Below, in pieces: positions 32,773 to 41,697 of a DNA stretch of 60,801 bases (its first letter is position 1; each line of letters starts with the position of its first letter). The stretch comes from a virus (lineage: Duplodnaviria > Caudoviricetes). Under the pieces are notes generated by a model. That model did not search any database and was not told the DNA's origin. It saw only the letters and a list, made by a program, of their open reading frames with translations. Location of the stretch: positions 1-60,801 of the IMG/VR virus record IMGVR_UViG_3300009537_000009; one strand, written 5' to 3'. A program made the translations under genes and the position numbers.

Positions 32773-33852
32773 GTGATGCCGAAGGGAAAGTATTTAAGAA
32801 ACCTGCCCCACAAACCAATAAAGGAACTGGAACCAGAAGACCTGGGAAGGATAAGTCCTAATACGGTTTGCGTCGTAAGGTACGGGGCAATCGGTGATAT
32901 GATCATGGCCTCCTCTATCTTCCCTGAATTAAAGAAACAGGGGTATAGGGTTTGCCTGAACACAACCAAGTCTGGTTATGAAATAGTAAAGTATAACCCG
33001 TTTATTGACGAGTTTCTTTTACAAGATAATAAACAGGTAAAGAATCTGGAGCTTGGTGAGTACTGGGAGTTTCTAGGAACATGCTTCCAGTATGTGATCA
33101 ACCTATCGGAATCGATTGAAGGGGCATTATTGATGATGCCTCCAAGACTACTACACCTTGATGGTGTGTTGGTCGAAGATAAGGGACATGAGGATTACTT
33201 CAAGAAAGATGTACACGAGAAGTACAACATCAATTACATAGAAAGAACACACAAGATAGCTGGCGTGCCCTTTTCTCATGAAACTAGATTCTTCCCTTCT
33301 CCCAAGGAGGACGCATGGGCCAAGAAGGAAAGGAATAAGTTGGGCGGTGATCATATTATTATGGTGGTCTTATCCGGCACCGCATCTTTCAAAGCATATC
33401 CTCATGTAGATGCGGTTATGGCGCAGGTTCTGATGAAAACATCAGGCACTAGATTTCTTCTGGTTGGGGATACTACGTGTCAAATACTGGAGGCTGGATG
33501 GGAGCTTGAAAACAGAGTGATCAGAAGGTCTGGAAAATATAGCGTAAGACAAACTCTTTCCCTGTTGAAGTATATGGATGTGGTTATGGGGCCTGAAACG
33601 GGAATGTTGAATGCAGCATCAATGCTTCCCAACAGGAAGATTATATACCTCTCTCATTCCAGCGTGGAGAACTTGACGAAACACTGGGTGAATACGTTGG
33701 CTGTTGCAGGTGATGTAGAGTGTTACCCGTGTCACAAAATGCACTTCGATGGCAGGTACTGTAACAGAGAAAAGGAGACCGGTGCCGCACTTTGTTCGTA
33801 CAATATCGATCCGTCTATTTTAGTGGATCACATTATGGAGGTAATTAGATGA
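32773..33852 (+). CDS. Glycosyltransferase family 9 (heptosyltransferase-like)
   Basis: RYGAIGDMI, NPFIDE, K.YP, GPETGMLNAA, CYPC. Confidence 0.85.
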   Translation: MMPKGKYLRNLPHKPIKELEPEDLGRISPNTVCVVRYGAIGDMIMASSIFPELKKQGYRVCLNTTKSGYEIVKYNPFIDEFLLQDNKQVKNLELGEYWEFLGTCFQYVINLSESIEGALLMMPPRLLHLDGVLVEDKGHEDYFKKDVHEKYNINYIERTHKIAGVPFSHETRFFPSPKEDAWAKKERNKLGGDHIIMVVLSGTASFKAYPHVDAVMAQVLMKTSGTRFLLVGDTTCQILEAGWELENRVIRRSGKYSVRQTLSLLKYMDVVMGPETGMLNAASMLPNRKIIYLSHSSVENLTKHWVNTLAVAGDVECYPCHKMHFDGRYCNREKETGAALCSYNIDPSILVDHIMEVIR

Positions 33853-34535
33853 ATTTTCTGACTCTCTGTCAACGAATGGCGAGGGAGGTCGGCATACCGG
33901 GAGACGGACCAACCACTGTTGCAAGCCAAACCGGGGAACTGCAAGATATTGTTCAGTATATTACTGACGCGGACATGCAGGTTAAGAGAGAGTTCCAAGA
34001 CTGGAACTTTATGTGGACATCTACCACAGACACAAGCTCCGTTGGAAGTAACAACCTTACAACAGGTAGCCCTTCTGATCTTGGTGTTTGGAACAGGGAG
34101 GGGATTGTCTATAATTACGATACCGACGACTGGCATGAAATGGAGTATGTCGAATGGGACGAATACAAGGATATGTACAAGTTCGGAACACACTCCAACG
34201 GGCCTCCGGAACTCTTTACCATTATGCCCGACAAGACAATCCAGATTTATCCTCCGGCTGAATCATCAAAAAATATCTATTTGGAATACTGGAAGAAACC
34301 AGAAGAGATGACTGCTGATTCTGATGTGTCTGATATACCTGCCGAGTTTCATAGAATAATTATAGTCAGGGCGAAAATGTATTATGCTGCACATGAGGAC
34401 GCCCCCGAAGTGATGGTGGATGCATCAGCAGAATACATCACTCTTTTGGATGCCTTATCCGCAGCATATGGTAGAGGTCAGGATTCCAGAAGGATGCACA
34501 AAGCCATGGGAGACATGAGAGTTGAGGTTATATAA
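33849..34535 (+). CDS. Head-tail adaptor / tail tubular protein A-like
   Basis: MNFLTLCQR...WNF...GPP...IYP...D...IPAEFH. Confidence 0.7.
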   Translation: MNFLTLCQRMAREVGIPGDGPTTVASQTGELQDIVQYITDADMQVKREFQDWNFMWTSTTDTSSVGSNNLTTGSPSDLGVWNREGIVYNYDTDDWHEMEYVEWDEYKDMYKFGTHSNGPPELFTIMPDKTIQIYPPAESSKNIYLEYWKKPEEMTADSDVSDIPAEFHRIIIVRAKMYYAAHEDAPEVMVDASAEYITLLDALSAAYGRGQDSRRMHKAMGDMRVEVI

Positions 34536-35101
34536 TGGTTCTCAGGTCAAACGTATCCAGACAAATAGTCTCATCATCTTCAAAGGTAAAGTATTTTACA
34601 TTTACTGGTGGGCTTAATATTGTTGATGCGGCTCTTAGCCTACAACCTGGAGAGTGTATTGCTGGTACAAACTTCGAATGTGATGTAAGAGGCAGGTATA
34701 GAAGAGTTGACGGTTATGAGAGGTTCGACGGACAACCCCTTCCATCGGAGATTGTATATTATCGCGTTCGGTTTAGCGCGGGTACGAAACTGTTTGGTGC
34801 CTTCGCCGCAGATTTTGGAGAGGACTTCAATAATCAAATTCCATCTGTGGGGGATATGGTTAAAGGGGCTACATCCGGTGCGGTTGGTAAAATACTGCTG
34901 GTTGATGTAACTTACTTCTTTCCGGGGGGAGCACAGGAAGGAGAGGGAGACCCTCCACCAGAGGGTACTTTTCAGGATAGTGACGCGGAGGGTTATGTGT
35001 ATTTCACTCTGGTGAGTGGGACATTCGACTCAAGCGAAACCATTTATTTTCTAAACGCCAACAGTTCGTTTGGCGTTGACTTTAATGTGGAGTTTTCATA
35101 A
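34535..35101 (+). CDS. Tail protein resembling the N-terminal part of a nozzle/stabilisation protein
   Basis: FTGGLN...PGE...N...GRYRRVDGYERFDG. Confidence 0.55.
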   Translation: MVLRSNVSRQIVSSSSKVKYFTFTGGLNIVDAALSLQPGECIAGTNFECDVRGRYRRVDGYERFDGQPLPSEIVYYRVRFSAGTKLFGAFAADFGEDFNNQIPSVGDMVKGATSGAVGKILLVDVTYFFPGGAQEGEGDPPPEGTFQDSDAEGYVYFTLVSGTFDSSETIYFLNANSSFGVDFNVEFS

Positions 35102-35700
35102 TGGCAGAGACTAGAAGGCAAAGGAGTTACTTAACATCAACATCCTTTGTCACCAACGCAACGGGCAATATCACCGCACAGGATGTTAGGGAAATGATAG
35201 AGTCCATGATGGGGGCATACGCCGCCATCAATAACACCGCAGGAGATGGTACTCCTACAACACAGGCTGTTGCCACAGCTACTACCGTCACGCTCGACTG
35301 GGATGGTGGTACTGGCGGTGCAAATGGTCTTGATGACACGGATGCTTCTACATATGGAGCAGATGCAGATTATGCGAATGACAGGATCAGAATATATGAC
35401 GAGGGTATTTACCTTGTCAATCTTTCTTTGGCGATGTCACAATCTATAAATGCGTCTGTGATTTGGGACGTGGTTCTTGCCACGCAACCAGATGGCGGGG
35501 CTGTTTCCGAAACCGCATATAAGACACAAAGGACAATTGCCAACAATACTGATGTAGCTCATACAACTATTAGTGGATTGATTGATACTTCCGCACACAC
35601 CGACTATACGGATGTGCTACTTAGGTTGAACCATGACAACGGTTCTAGTAATAACCTGACTCTATACTACGCACAAATGACAGTCACAAGAGTAGGGTAA
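35101..35700 (+). CDS. Virion structural protein (putative fibre/spike)
   Basis: GNITAQDVRE N-terminus; beta-rich C-terminus; translationally coupled on both sides. Confidence 0.55.
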   Translation: MAETRRQRSYLTSTSFVTNATGNITAQDVREMIESMMGAYAAINNTAGDGTPTTQAVATATTVTLDWDGGTGGANGLDDTDASTYGADADYANDRIRIYDEGIYLVNLSLAMSQSINASVIWDVVLATQPDGGAVSETAYKTQRTIANNTDVAHTTISGLIDTSAHTDYTDVLLRLNHDNGSSNNLTLYYAQMTVTRVG

Positions 35701-37637
35701 TGGGTCTATTCGCCACAGCAGTTACGTCATCAAGCCCTGTTTTAAGAGACGCTAACCTTGACTCTTCGCTAGTCACTGAACTTCAAACATCTATAGAGCG
35801 ACAACGAAGCATTATAGAAGAGGTTCCTGGTACTGGTACTGTAAGGGGTGTGTGGGTGTATGATGGTGATGTTTATGCCTTCAGGGATAACGATACAGGG
35901 ACTGCCTGTAAAATGTACAAGTCCTCCACATCTGGATGGGTGGAACAGACAATGGGAACCTATATTGAATTTCAGGATGGTACCATTGAGGTTTTTCCTG
36001 GTGATGTAATAGAGGGGGCAACTAGCGGTGCTCTTGGGACTGTGGTGGCTGTCAATCTAATTAATGCTGGGTTTCAGGCGTCAAACGGGTTTGCCAGGGG
36101 GAGAATTTATATCTCAGATACCACTGGTACCTTTCAAGACGAGGAGACCTTTGGAGTCCGCAGGGTAAAATTTGATACCGGTACCCGAGAAATTTTGGTG
36201 GGTGATCGTGTGACCGGAAGCGGGGCCAGTGAGTGGGCTGATGTCAGCAAGGTCGTGCTTGATTCCGGTGCATGGAGCAGTGGGGATGCGGCGGGTTATC
36301 TCCAGGTATCGAACTGGGGGCAGTTGAATGATATAGATGATGACGAGGTGCTTTCCGTAAATGGTACGCAACACGCCCTCGCCGATGGAGCTGATCAACC
36401 TAAGTTCCATGATTGCGGGAAAATCTCTCTTGTAAATACAACGGTATCTCTTAGTCCTGGCGGGTACTTTGAATTTGTTAACTACAATTTCAGGGGTCAG
36501 GAAGATACGAACAGAATGTACGGTGCTGACGGTGTGAACCCAGCCTTCGAGTTCGATGGGACTCGTCTGATGAGTATTCGCACGGGAGCAGACGATAGTA
36601 CGCCTGTCCATATAGCGGCACACAAATTCCATTTGTTTCTCTCTGTTCCTGGTGGTTCAATATTCCACTCGGCTCCGGGAAAACCGATGGACTTCGACTC
36701 AGCAACTGATGGAGCCGCTGAGATAGCCATGGGTGAAGAGGTGACGGGGTTCTCTAAGGAAGTAGAGGATGTGTTCACAATCTTTACCAGGAACGATACC
36801 TACTTTTTGTATGGTTCCAGCGTTCTCAATTGGGCATTGCGCAGGTTCCATCAAGGTTCCGGAGCAATTGCAAGGACTGTGCAGAAAATCGAGAGAACTT
36901 GGTATCTGGATGACAGGGGCATCACCAACATCTCTGCCGTACAAGCTTTTGGAGACTTCCAACAAGCCGTATCTTCTGACAAGATACAACCACTGCTAGA
37001 ATCCTATATCAATAAGGTGCAGTGTTCACTAAGGGTGAGGAAAAAGAATCAATATAGGCTTTACTTTACCGACAAGACCGGGATATCGCTTACATTTATT
37101 AATAGAAAGAACCTTGGAATCCTTCCATTCTCAATGGACCATCAAGTAAACGTGATGTGTTCCTCTGAGGATAACGATGGTAATGAGGTTTTGTATGGTG
37201 GTTTCGATGATGGTTACGTAAGAAAGCTGGACTCCGGTACATCATTCGACGGAGAAGAGGTTAGTGCTTTTGTGAGAACCGCCTTCTATAACTACGAAAC
37301 CCCACATAGAAAGAAAAGATTCAGAGGTCTTGTTATCGAACTTGATGTTGAGTCATCTGGAACAATTAATATATTGCCTGACTTTAACTATGGAAAGATC
37401 GAAATACCCGAAGCCCTGCCAAAGAACTTAGCCATAACAACTATCGGAGACTTTTGGGGATCATCCAACTGGTCGGTTCAGTCTGTAGGAGTACAGGTGG
37501 TTGAGGAGGCTAGGCTGAGAACGAACGGAATTGGCACAAACATGGGCATGGTTTTATACACATCATCAACATACGAGACCCCTATCACATTACAAGGGGC
37601 TGTTGTGGAATACTCTGATAGAGGTTTGAAAAGATAA
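35700..37637 (+). CDS. Tail nozzle / tubular protein B-like
   Basis: Beta-propeller-like, VSSDKIQP, KNQYRL, KKRFR. Confidence 0.7.
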   Translation: MGLFATAVTSSSPVLRDANLDSSLVTELQTSIERQRSIIEEVPGTGTVRGVWVYDGDVYAFRDNDTGTACKMYKSSTSGWVEQTMGTYIEFQDGTIEVFPGDVIEGATSGALGTVVAVNLINAGFQASNGFARGRIYISDTTGTFQDEETFGVRRVKFDTGTREILVGDRVTGSGASEWADVSKVVLDSGAWSSGDAAGYLQVSNWGQLNDIDDDEVLSVNGTQHALADGADQPKFHDCGKISLVNTTVSLSPGGYFEFVNYNFRGQEDTNRMYGADGVNPAFEFDGTRLMSIRTGADDSTPVHIAAHKFHLFLSVPGGSIFHSAPGKPMDFDSATDGAAEIAMGEEVTGFSKEVEDVFTIFTRNDTYFLYGSSVLNWALRRFHQGSGAIARTVQKIERTWYLDDRGITNISAVQAFGDFQQAVSSDKIQPLLESYINKVQCSLRVRKKNQYRLYFTDKTGISLTFINRKNLGILPFSMDHQVNVMCSSEDNDGNEVLYGGFDDGYVRKLDSGTSFDGEEVSAFVRTAFYNYETPHRKKRFRGLVIELDVESSGTINILPDFNYGKIEIPEALPKNLAITTIGDFWGSSNWSVQSVGVQVVEEARLRTNGIGTNMGMVLYTSSTYETPITLQGAVVEYSDRGLKR

Positions 37638-38722
37638 TGGCTGTTATTGCTAGTAAAAGTAGTTGGTTAAATGCGAGACCACAATTCCAGGGGCAGTCAC
37701 AATCTGCTATTGATGCTGGGTATTCTCAGTATTTAAAGAATATGTCTGCCTATACGAACACGGGGAGACCAGAAAACTCCTCATCGTTGAGGGGCGGGAG
37801 GCAGACTCCATCTTCTGCGGGTTCGTCTGCCAGTCGTTCTTCGTCGGGCTCATACATCGGATATCTGGGACAAGGCGGCCCACAACCAGTGAGGGCGACA
37901 GGCGTTACCGGCATGAGTAGTCCCATCCGCCCCGGCAGAAGTCCGCAGCCCATGCGAGAGTTCGAGATTGGCGGCATCAAGGTGATGGGTATTTGGGACA
38001 AGGCCAGCGGCAGATGGAATCTTTCCTGGGGTTCGGTTGCTTTGTCCGGTGACGAAAAATCGGAGATGCCGAGGTATGTGGTGGGTGACGGCCCAGGAGA
38101 CACTACACAGGCCCCCCGGGGACCGTCCGCGCCAAGAGGTGGAGGCGGCGGAGGCGGTGGTGGCGGAGGGTCTAGTAGGGGTACGTCCGTAGACGCCAGT
38201 TCATTCGGCCCAAGAGAACCAGCCACACACCAAGTGGTGAGAACCGGTCCGAACGCAGAAACAACTCAAGGCCAACTTGTTAATGTTTTGGATCAGGAAG
38301 GTCCGCTGATGAGAAGGGCGGTAACAAGGGGTATGCAGATCGGTAATGATCGGGGGCTGATCAACAGCTCAATTACCGAGGGTGTAGCGATGGGGGAGGT
38401 TATGAATCAAGCCATCCCTATTGCGATGAGCGATGCCAATACGTTCTTTACAAACTCACTTAATAATCTCAATGCAGAGAATCAGTTCAGGGCAGCAAAT
38501 AATTCTGCGTACCTTGAGTCTATTCTACAGGAACAACAAGGTCAGATCAGCCAGACACTGGCCCATATTAATGGCAGTTATGGTATACAGGCGGCACAAA
38601 TAGCGGCCCAAACATCATACATGGATATGTGGCTCCGTATGCAAATGGACCCTTACACGACCGGGGATATGAAAGCAAATCTGGATGCCAGACTAAGACC
38701 GTATCTTGGGGCAATAAGATAA
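37637..38722 (+). CDS. Putative internal virion/ejection protein
   Basis: Gly/Ser-rich; RGLINSS...A.PIA..DA motif. Confidence 0.6.
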   Translation: MAVIASKSSWLNARPQFQGQSQSAIDAGYSQYLKNMSAYTNTGRPENSSSLRGGRQTPSSAGSSASRSSSGSYIGYLGQGGPQPVRATGVTGMSSPIRPGRSPQPMREFEIGGIKVMGIWDKASGRWNLSWGSVALSGDEKSEMPRYVVGDGPGDTTQAPRGPSAPRGGGGGGGGGGGSSRGTSVDASSFGPREPATHQVVRTGPNAETTQGQLVNVLDQEGPLMRRAVTRGMQIGNDRGLINSSITEGVAMGEVMNQAIPIAMSDANTFFTNSLNNLNAENQFRAANNSAYLESILQEQQGQISQTLAHINGSYGIQAAQIAAQTSYMDMWLRMQMDPYTTGDMKANLDARLRPYLGAIR

Positions 38723-39163
38723 GTGATACGAAAGGCAACATATAAAGATATTAAGGGGTTGGTTGATTTATGTAAGGAGGCGCATTCGAAGTCCGTCAAC
38801 GAGCAATTGCCTGTTGACAACAAGACCCTCATCAAGTCCTTGCAGGTTATCGTGCTATCCAGAGAACATTGTTGTTATGTGACTGAAGTGGATGGAAGGA
38901 TAGTTGGTGCTATTATCGGTGTTACCCACCAGTCATGGTTTAGCAAGAAGAAACAGGCGTCAGACTTATTTTTCTACACATCAGAGAGGGGGCGCGGTAG
39001 TGGTCCGTTTTTGTTTAGACGGTTTGTAACGTGGGTTAGAAAAGAGTCTGGAGCCAAGCAGATAATACTAAGCACCGACTCCGGGATTGATTCAGAAAGA
39101 ACATCTGAACTTTATACCAGGATGGGTTGTAAGAAAATTGGTGATGTATTCCATAGGGGTTAA
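38723..39163 (+). CDS. GNAT acetyltransferase-like protein
   Basis: IRKAT..D, RGRGSG, LY.RMG. Confidence 0.75.
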   Translation: MIRKATYKDIKGLVDLCKEAHSKSVNEQLPVDNKTLIKSLQVIVLSREHCCYVTEVDGRIVGAIIGVTHQSWFSKKKQASDLFFYTSERGRGSGPFLFRRFVTWVRKESGAKQIILSTDSGIDSERTSELYTRMGCKKIGDVFHRG

Positions 39164-39165
39164 TT

Positions 39166-39846
39166 ATGAGTTTTATGAAAAGTATAGGAAGAGCGGTCAA
39201 GAAGGTTGCCAGGGTAGTAAAGAAAGTTGCCCCTGTCATCTTGCTGGCGGCTGGTATTTATTTCGGAGTGGGCGCATATGGCGCAGCCCTTTTGTCTGCC
39301 CAAGGTACAGGTGCTGCTATTGGATCGATGACGGCATTCAAGGCTGGTATGTCTGGCATCGGAGCCAAGCTCGGTATAGGCACATCAATGTCGGGGCAGG
39401 TTACCCCCTTTAGTGTTATAACAAAGATCAAGGGTGCCGTGAGTGGGACAACTGGCCTATGGAGTCCTGCATCAGAGGTGCCACCGGCTGCTCAGCAGGG
39501 ACTTTTATCTGCAACCACGACAACAGCCAAGAAAACCATGTCTCCGTTGGCGCAAGCCGCTCTAATTCAAGGCGGTACTACACTGGCTGCTGCCGCACTG
39601 GCAGAGGAACCAGAATCAAGAGATGTAAAGGAAATGGGTATGGATGGGCAGGTGATTAACAGGGCTGGCGATATACGCCCAGCAAGAATGATCAGTCCGA
39701 ACCAGAATATGCCTAAAGTGGATCAAACGTATGGTGCCCAGCCATCGTTGGCGCAGGGCTTGATACAGGCAAAACCACAAGTACCTGTTACCCAAGGGCC
39801 TAAACCAGAAGACGTTGCACGACCAAGAGGACTTCTCCGTGTATAA
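39166..39846 (+). CDS. Putative ejection protein
   Basis: KKVAPVILLAAG Ala/Gly-rich hydrophobic N-terminus. Confidence 0.6.
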   Translation: MSFMKSIGRAVKKVARVVKKVAPVILLAAGIYFGVGAYGAALLSAQGTGAAIGSMTAFKAGMSGIGAKLGIGTSMSGQVTPFSVITKIKGAVSGTTGLWSPASEVPPAAQQGLLSATTTTAKKTMSPLAQAALIQGGTTLAAAALAEEPESRDVKEMGMDGQVINRAGDIRPARMISPNQNMPKVDQTYGAQPSLAQGLIQAKPQVPVTQGPKPEDVARPRGLLRV

Positions 39847-40333
39847 TCCAGAGCAACCAACACAGCAACCAGACGCTCAATCCGAAAGGGTCATTGATAA
39901 TATAGCCGATGTATTCTGGACGCCACAAGAGGAAGGTGGTGGTTTTGAGGGACTTCTCGAAACATGGAACCAGGGTGGCGCGGCAGCAGTTGGCTCCTTT
40001 GTTGGTAACATTGTGCGGTACAAGGTGGATCAGATAGAGGGCGGTGCCACAGAAGACGGTGAAGTTGGGGAGATAAAAAGAGACGAACTTATGTTTATAG
40101 GTTCCGAAGTAATCAATGAGGCGTTTGAAGTGATCGCAACTCAAGTTCAGGCAGGAGCTGAAGTCTCAACTCCTTTACCGGAATCAGACGAAGATATGGA
40201 GAATGCTCAAGGGGAGGCTTTGATTGTTGCTATCGAGAGTTATAATGGAACCCCCGATCCAAAGATTGATGCACAACCGGCACAGGACTTCGCATTGAAG
40301 TTTCTGGAAGAACAGTCAGGGGGGATGATGTAA
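39815..40333 (+). CDS. Acidic hypothetical virion protein
   Basis: ORF in structural operon. Confidence 0.6.
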   Translation: MHDQEDFSVYNPEQPTQQPDAQSERVIDNIADVFWTPQEEGGGFEGLLETWNQGGAAAVGSFVGNIVRYKVDQIEGGATEDGEVGEIKRDELMFIGSEVINEAFEVIATQVQAGAEVSTPLPESDEDMENAQGEALIVAIESYNGTPDPKIDAQPAQDFALKFLEEQSGGMM

Positions 40334-41697
40334 TGGGATTAGATAGAAATGTTCTTGCCCAAGGTCTGTTGAATATGGGCACTACACTCGGGCAGTCCGT
40401 GATCGCAAACTCTGCTCTTGAGAAAGAGATTGCGATGAAGGAAAGACTGGGTATTTTGGACGCACAGACAAGGCTGGAGCAAGAGAGACTGGTAACTTCT
40501 CGTTCCGAGAATGTTGCAAATATACAGGGTGGATGGAACTTGAAGTCTCAACAAGAGGCTAGTGCTGGAAGCTTGGCTTCAACCAAGGCTGCTGCTGCTG
40601 GAACCCTTGCTGTTCAACAGGAGATGGGTCGTACAGAGATTGAGTTGAAGGGTATGGACAACTCTGGCCTGATGGAAAGATTAAAGCAGTCCGGGCTCAA
40701 CGCGGTTAGGTTGCAGGAAGTTATCAATGGCGGAGACGTTAATCAGATCAGAGAAAACGCAAAGGCCGGTATTGATAGTATGCGTGAAGAGGTAAACCTT
40801 GCTGACAAGCGAGCGAGGCAGGAACATAAAAGGAATCTGGAGTTTACGGCAAATACCGCTGTAGCGAGTGCTGCTGCTGCCATGGATAAGACTCTTACAG
40901 ATACAGCGACCCAACTTACATCAACGATTGAAGAGATGTTGAAGGCTATTGCTGATGCCCGTAGAGGCTTGGACGAAGTAGTGGAGACCCGTGTTGTAGA
41001 CGGCAAGGAAGTAAATGTCACTTATGGTATGTTCTTATCGGAGATGATTGAAGAACGAAGGCAAGTGATGGGTCTTATGATGGGTACGGCAAGATCATCT
41101 TATGAGACCGGACTTGAGGAGTCGTTCGAGAAGAAGGAGTCTGGAGCGGAGATGACTCCAACAGAGAATAAACAGGCTAAAGCTTACGAGCCTATCTTTT
41201 TCAAGAGGCAGTCTGTAGATGCCCAACAGTGGGTTAAGGAGGGAGGAGAGCTTTCCTCCAAGAGGTTGGCCAACTGGAAGAGGGCTGGCTTGAATCCAGA
41301 GGCTATCTTCTCCGCAAGGGATAAGGTCGTCAAGAGTCAGGCTCCGGAGGAAATTGTCAATAAACCACCGGTTAATGATAAACCAAGAAACAAACCACCA
41401 ACTGTTGCTCTGCCTGATCCTGTAAAAACAGAACTGCCCGATATGGCTGGTCTTCTTTACCCAAAAGAAAAGCCAAGGCAGCCCATGCAACCATATAGTA
41501 ACGACTCCAGGGTAGGAGGCTTGCTATCACAGGATAGTGGAGCGCAACAAAGAGAAATAAAGGGAGCGATTTCAAGAATACAGGCTCTTGGTACTGGTCC
41601 GTTGGATGGGGCAAAGGAAAAACAAAGGGAGATTTTGATGGCATTTTTGAGAAACAAGGGCATGACTGACGATCAAATTGCACACATGGTGAAATAA
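40333..41697 (+). CDS. Putative internal virion protein
   Basis: Coiled-coil-rich; precedes giant gene. Confidence 0.6.
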   Translation: MGLDRNVLAQGLLNMGTTLGQSVIANSALEKEIAMKERLGILDAQTRLEQERLVTSRSENVANIQGGWNLKSQQEASAGSLASTKAAAAGTLAVQQEMGRTEIELKGMDNSGLMERLKQSGLNAVRLQEVINGGDVNQIRENAKAGIDSMREEVNLADKRARQEHKRNLEFTANTAVASAAAAMDKTLTDTATQLTSTIEEMLKAIADARRGLDEVVETRVVDGKEVNVTYGMFLSEMIEERRQVMGLMMGTARSSYETGLEESFEKKESGAEMTPTENKQAKAYEPIFFKRQSVDAQQWVKEGGELSSKRLANWKRAGLNPEAIFSARDKVVKSQAPEEIVNKPPVNDKPRNKPPTVALPDPVKTELPDMAGLLYPKEKPRQPMQPYSNDSRVGGLLSQDSGAQQREIKGAISRIQALGTGPLDGAKEKQREILMAFLRNKGMTDDQIAHMVK

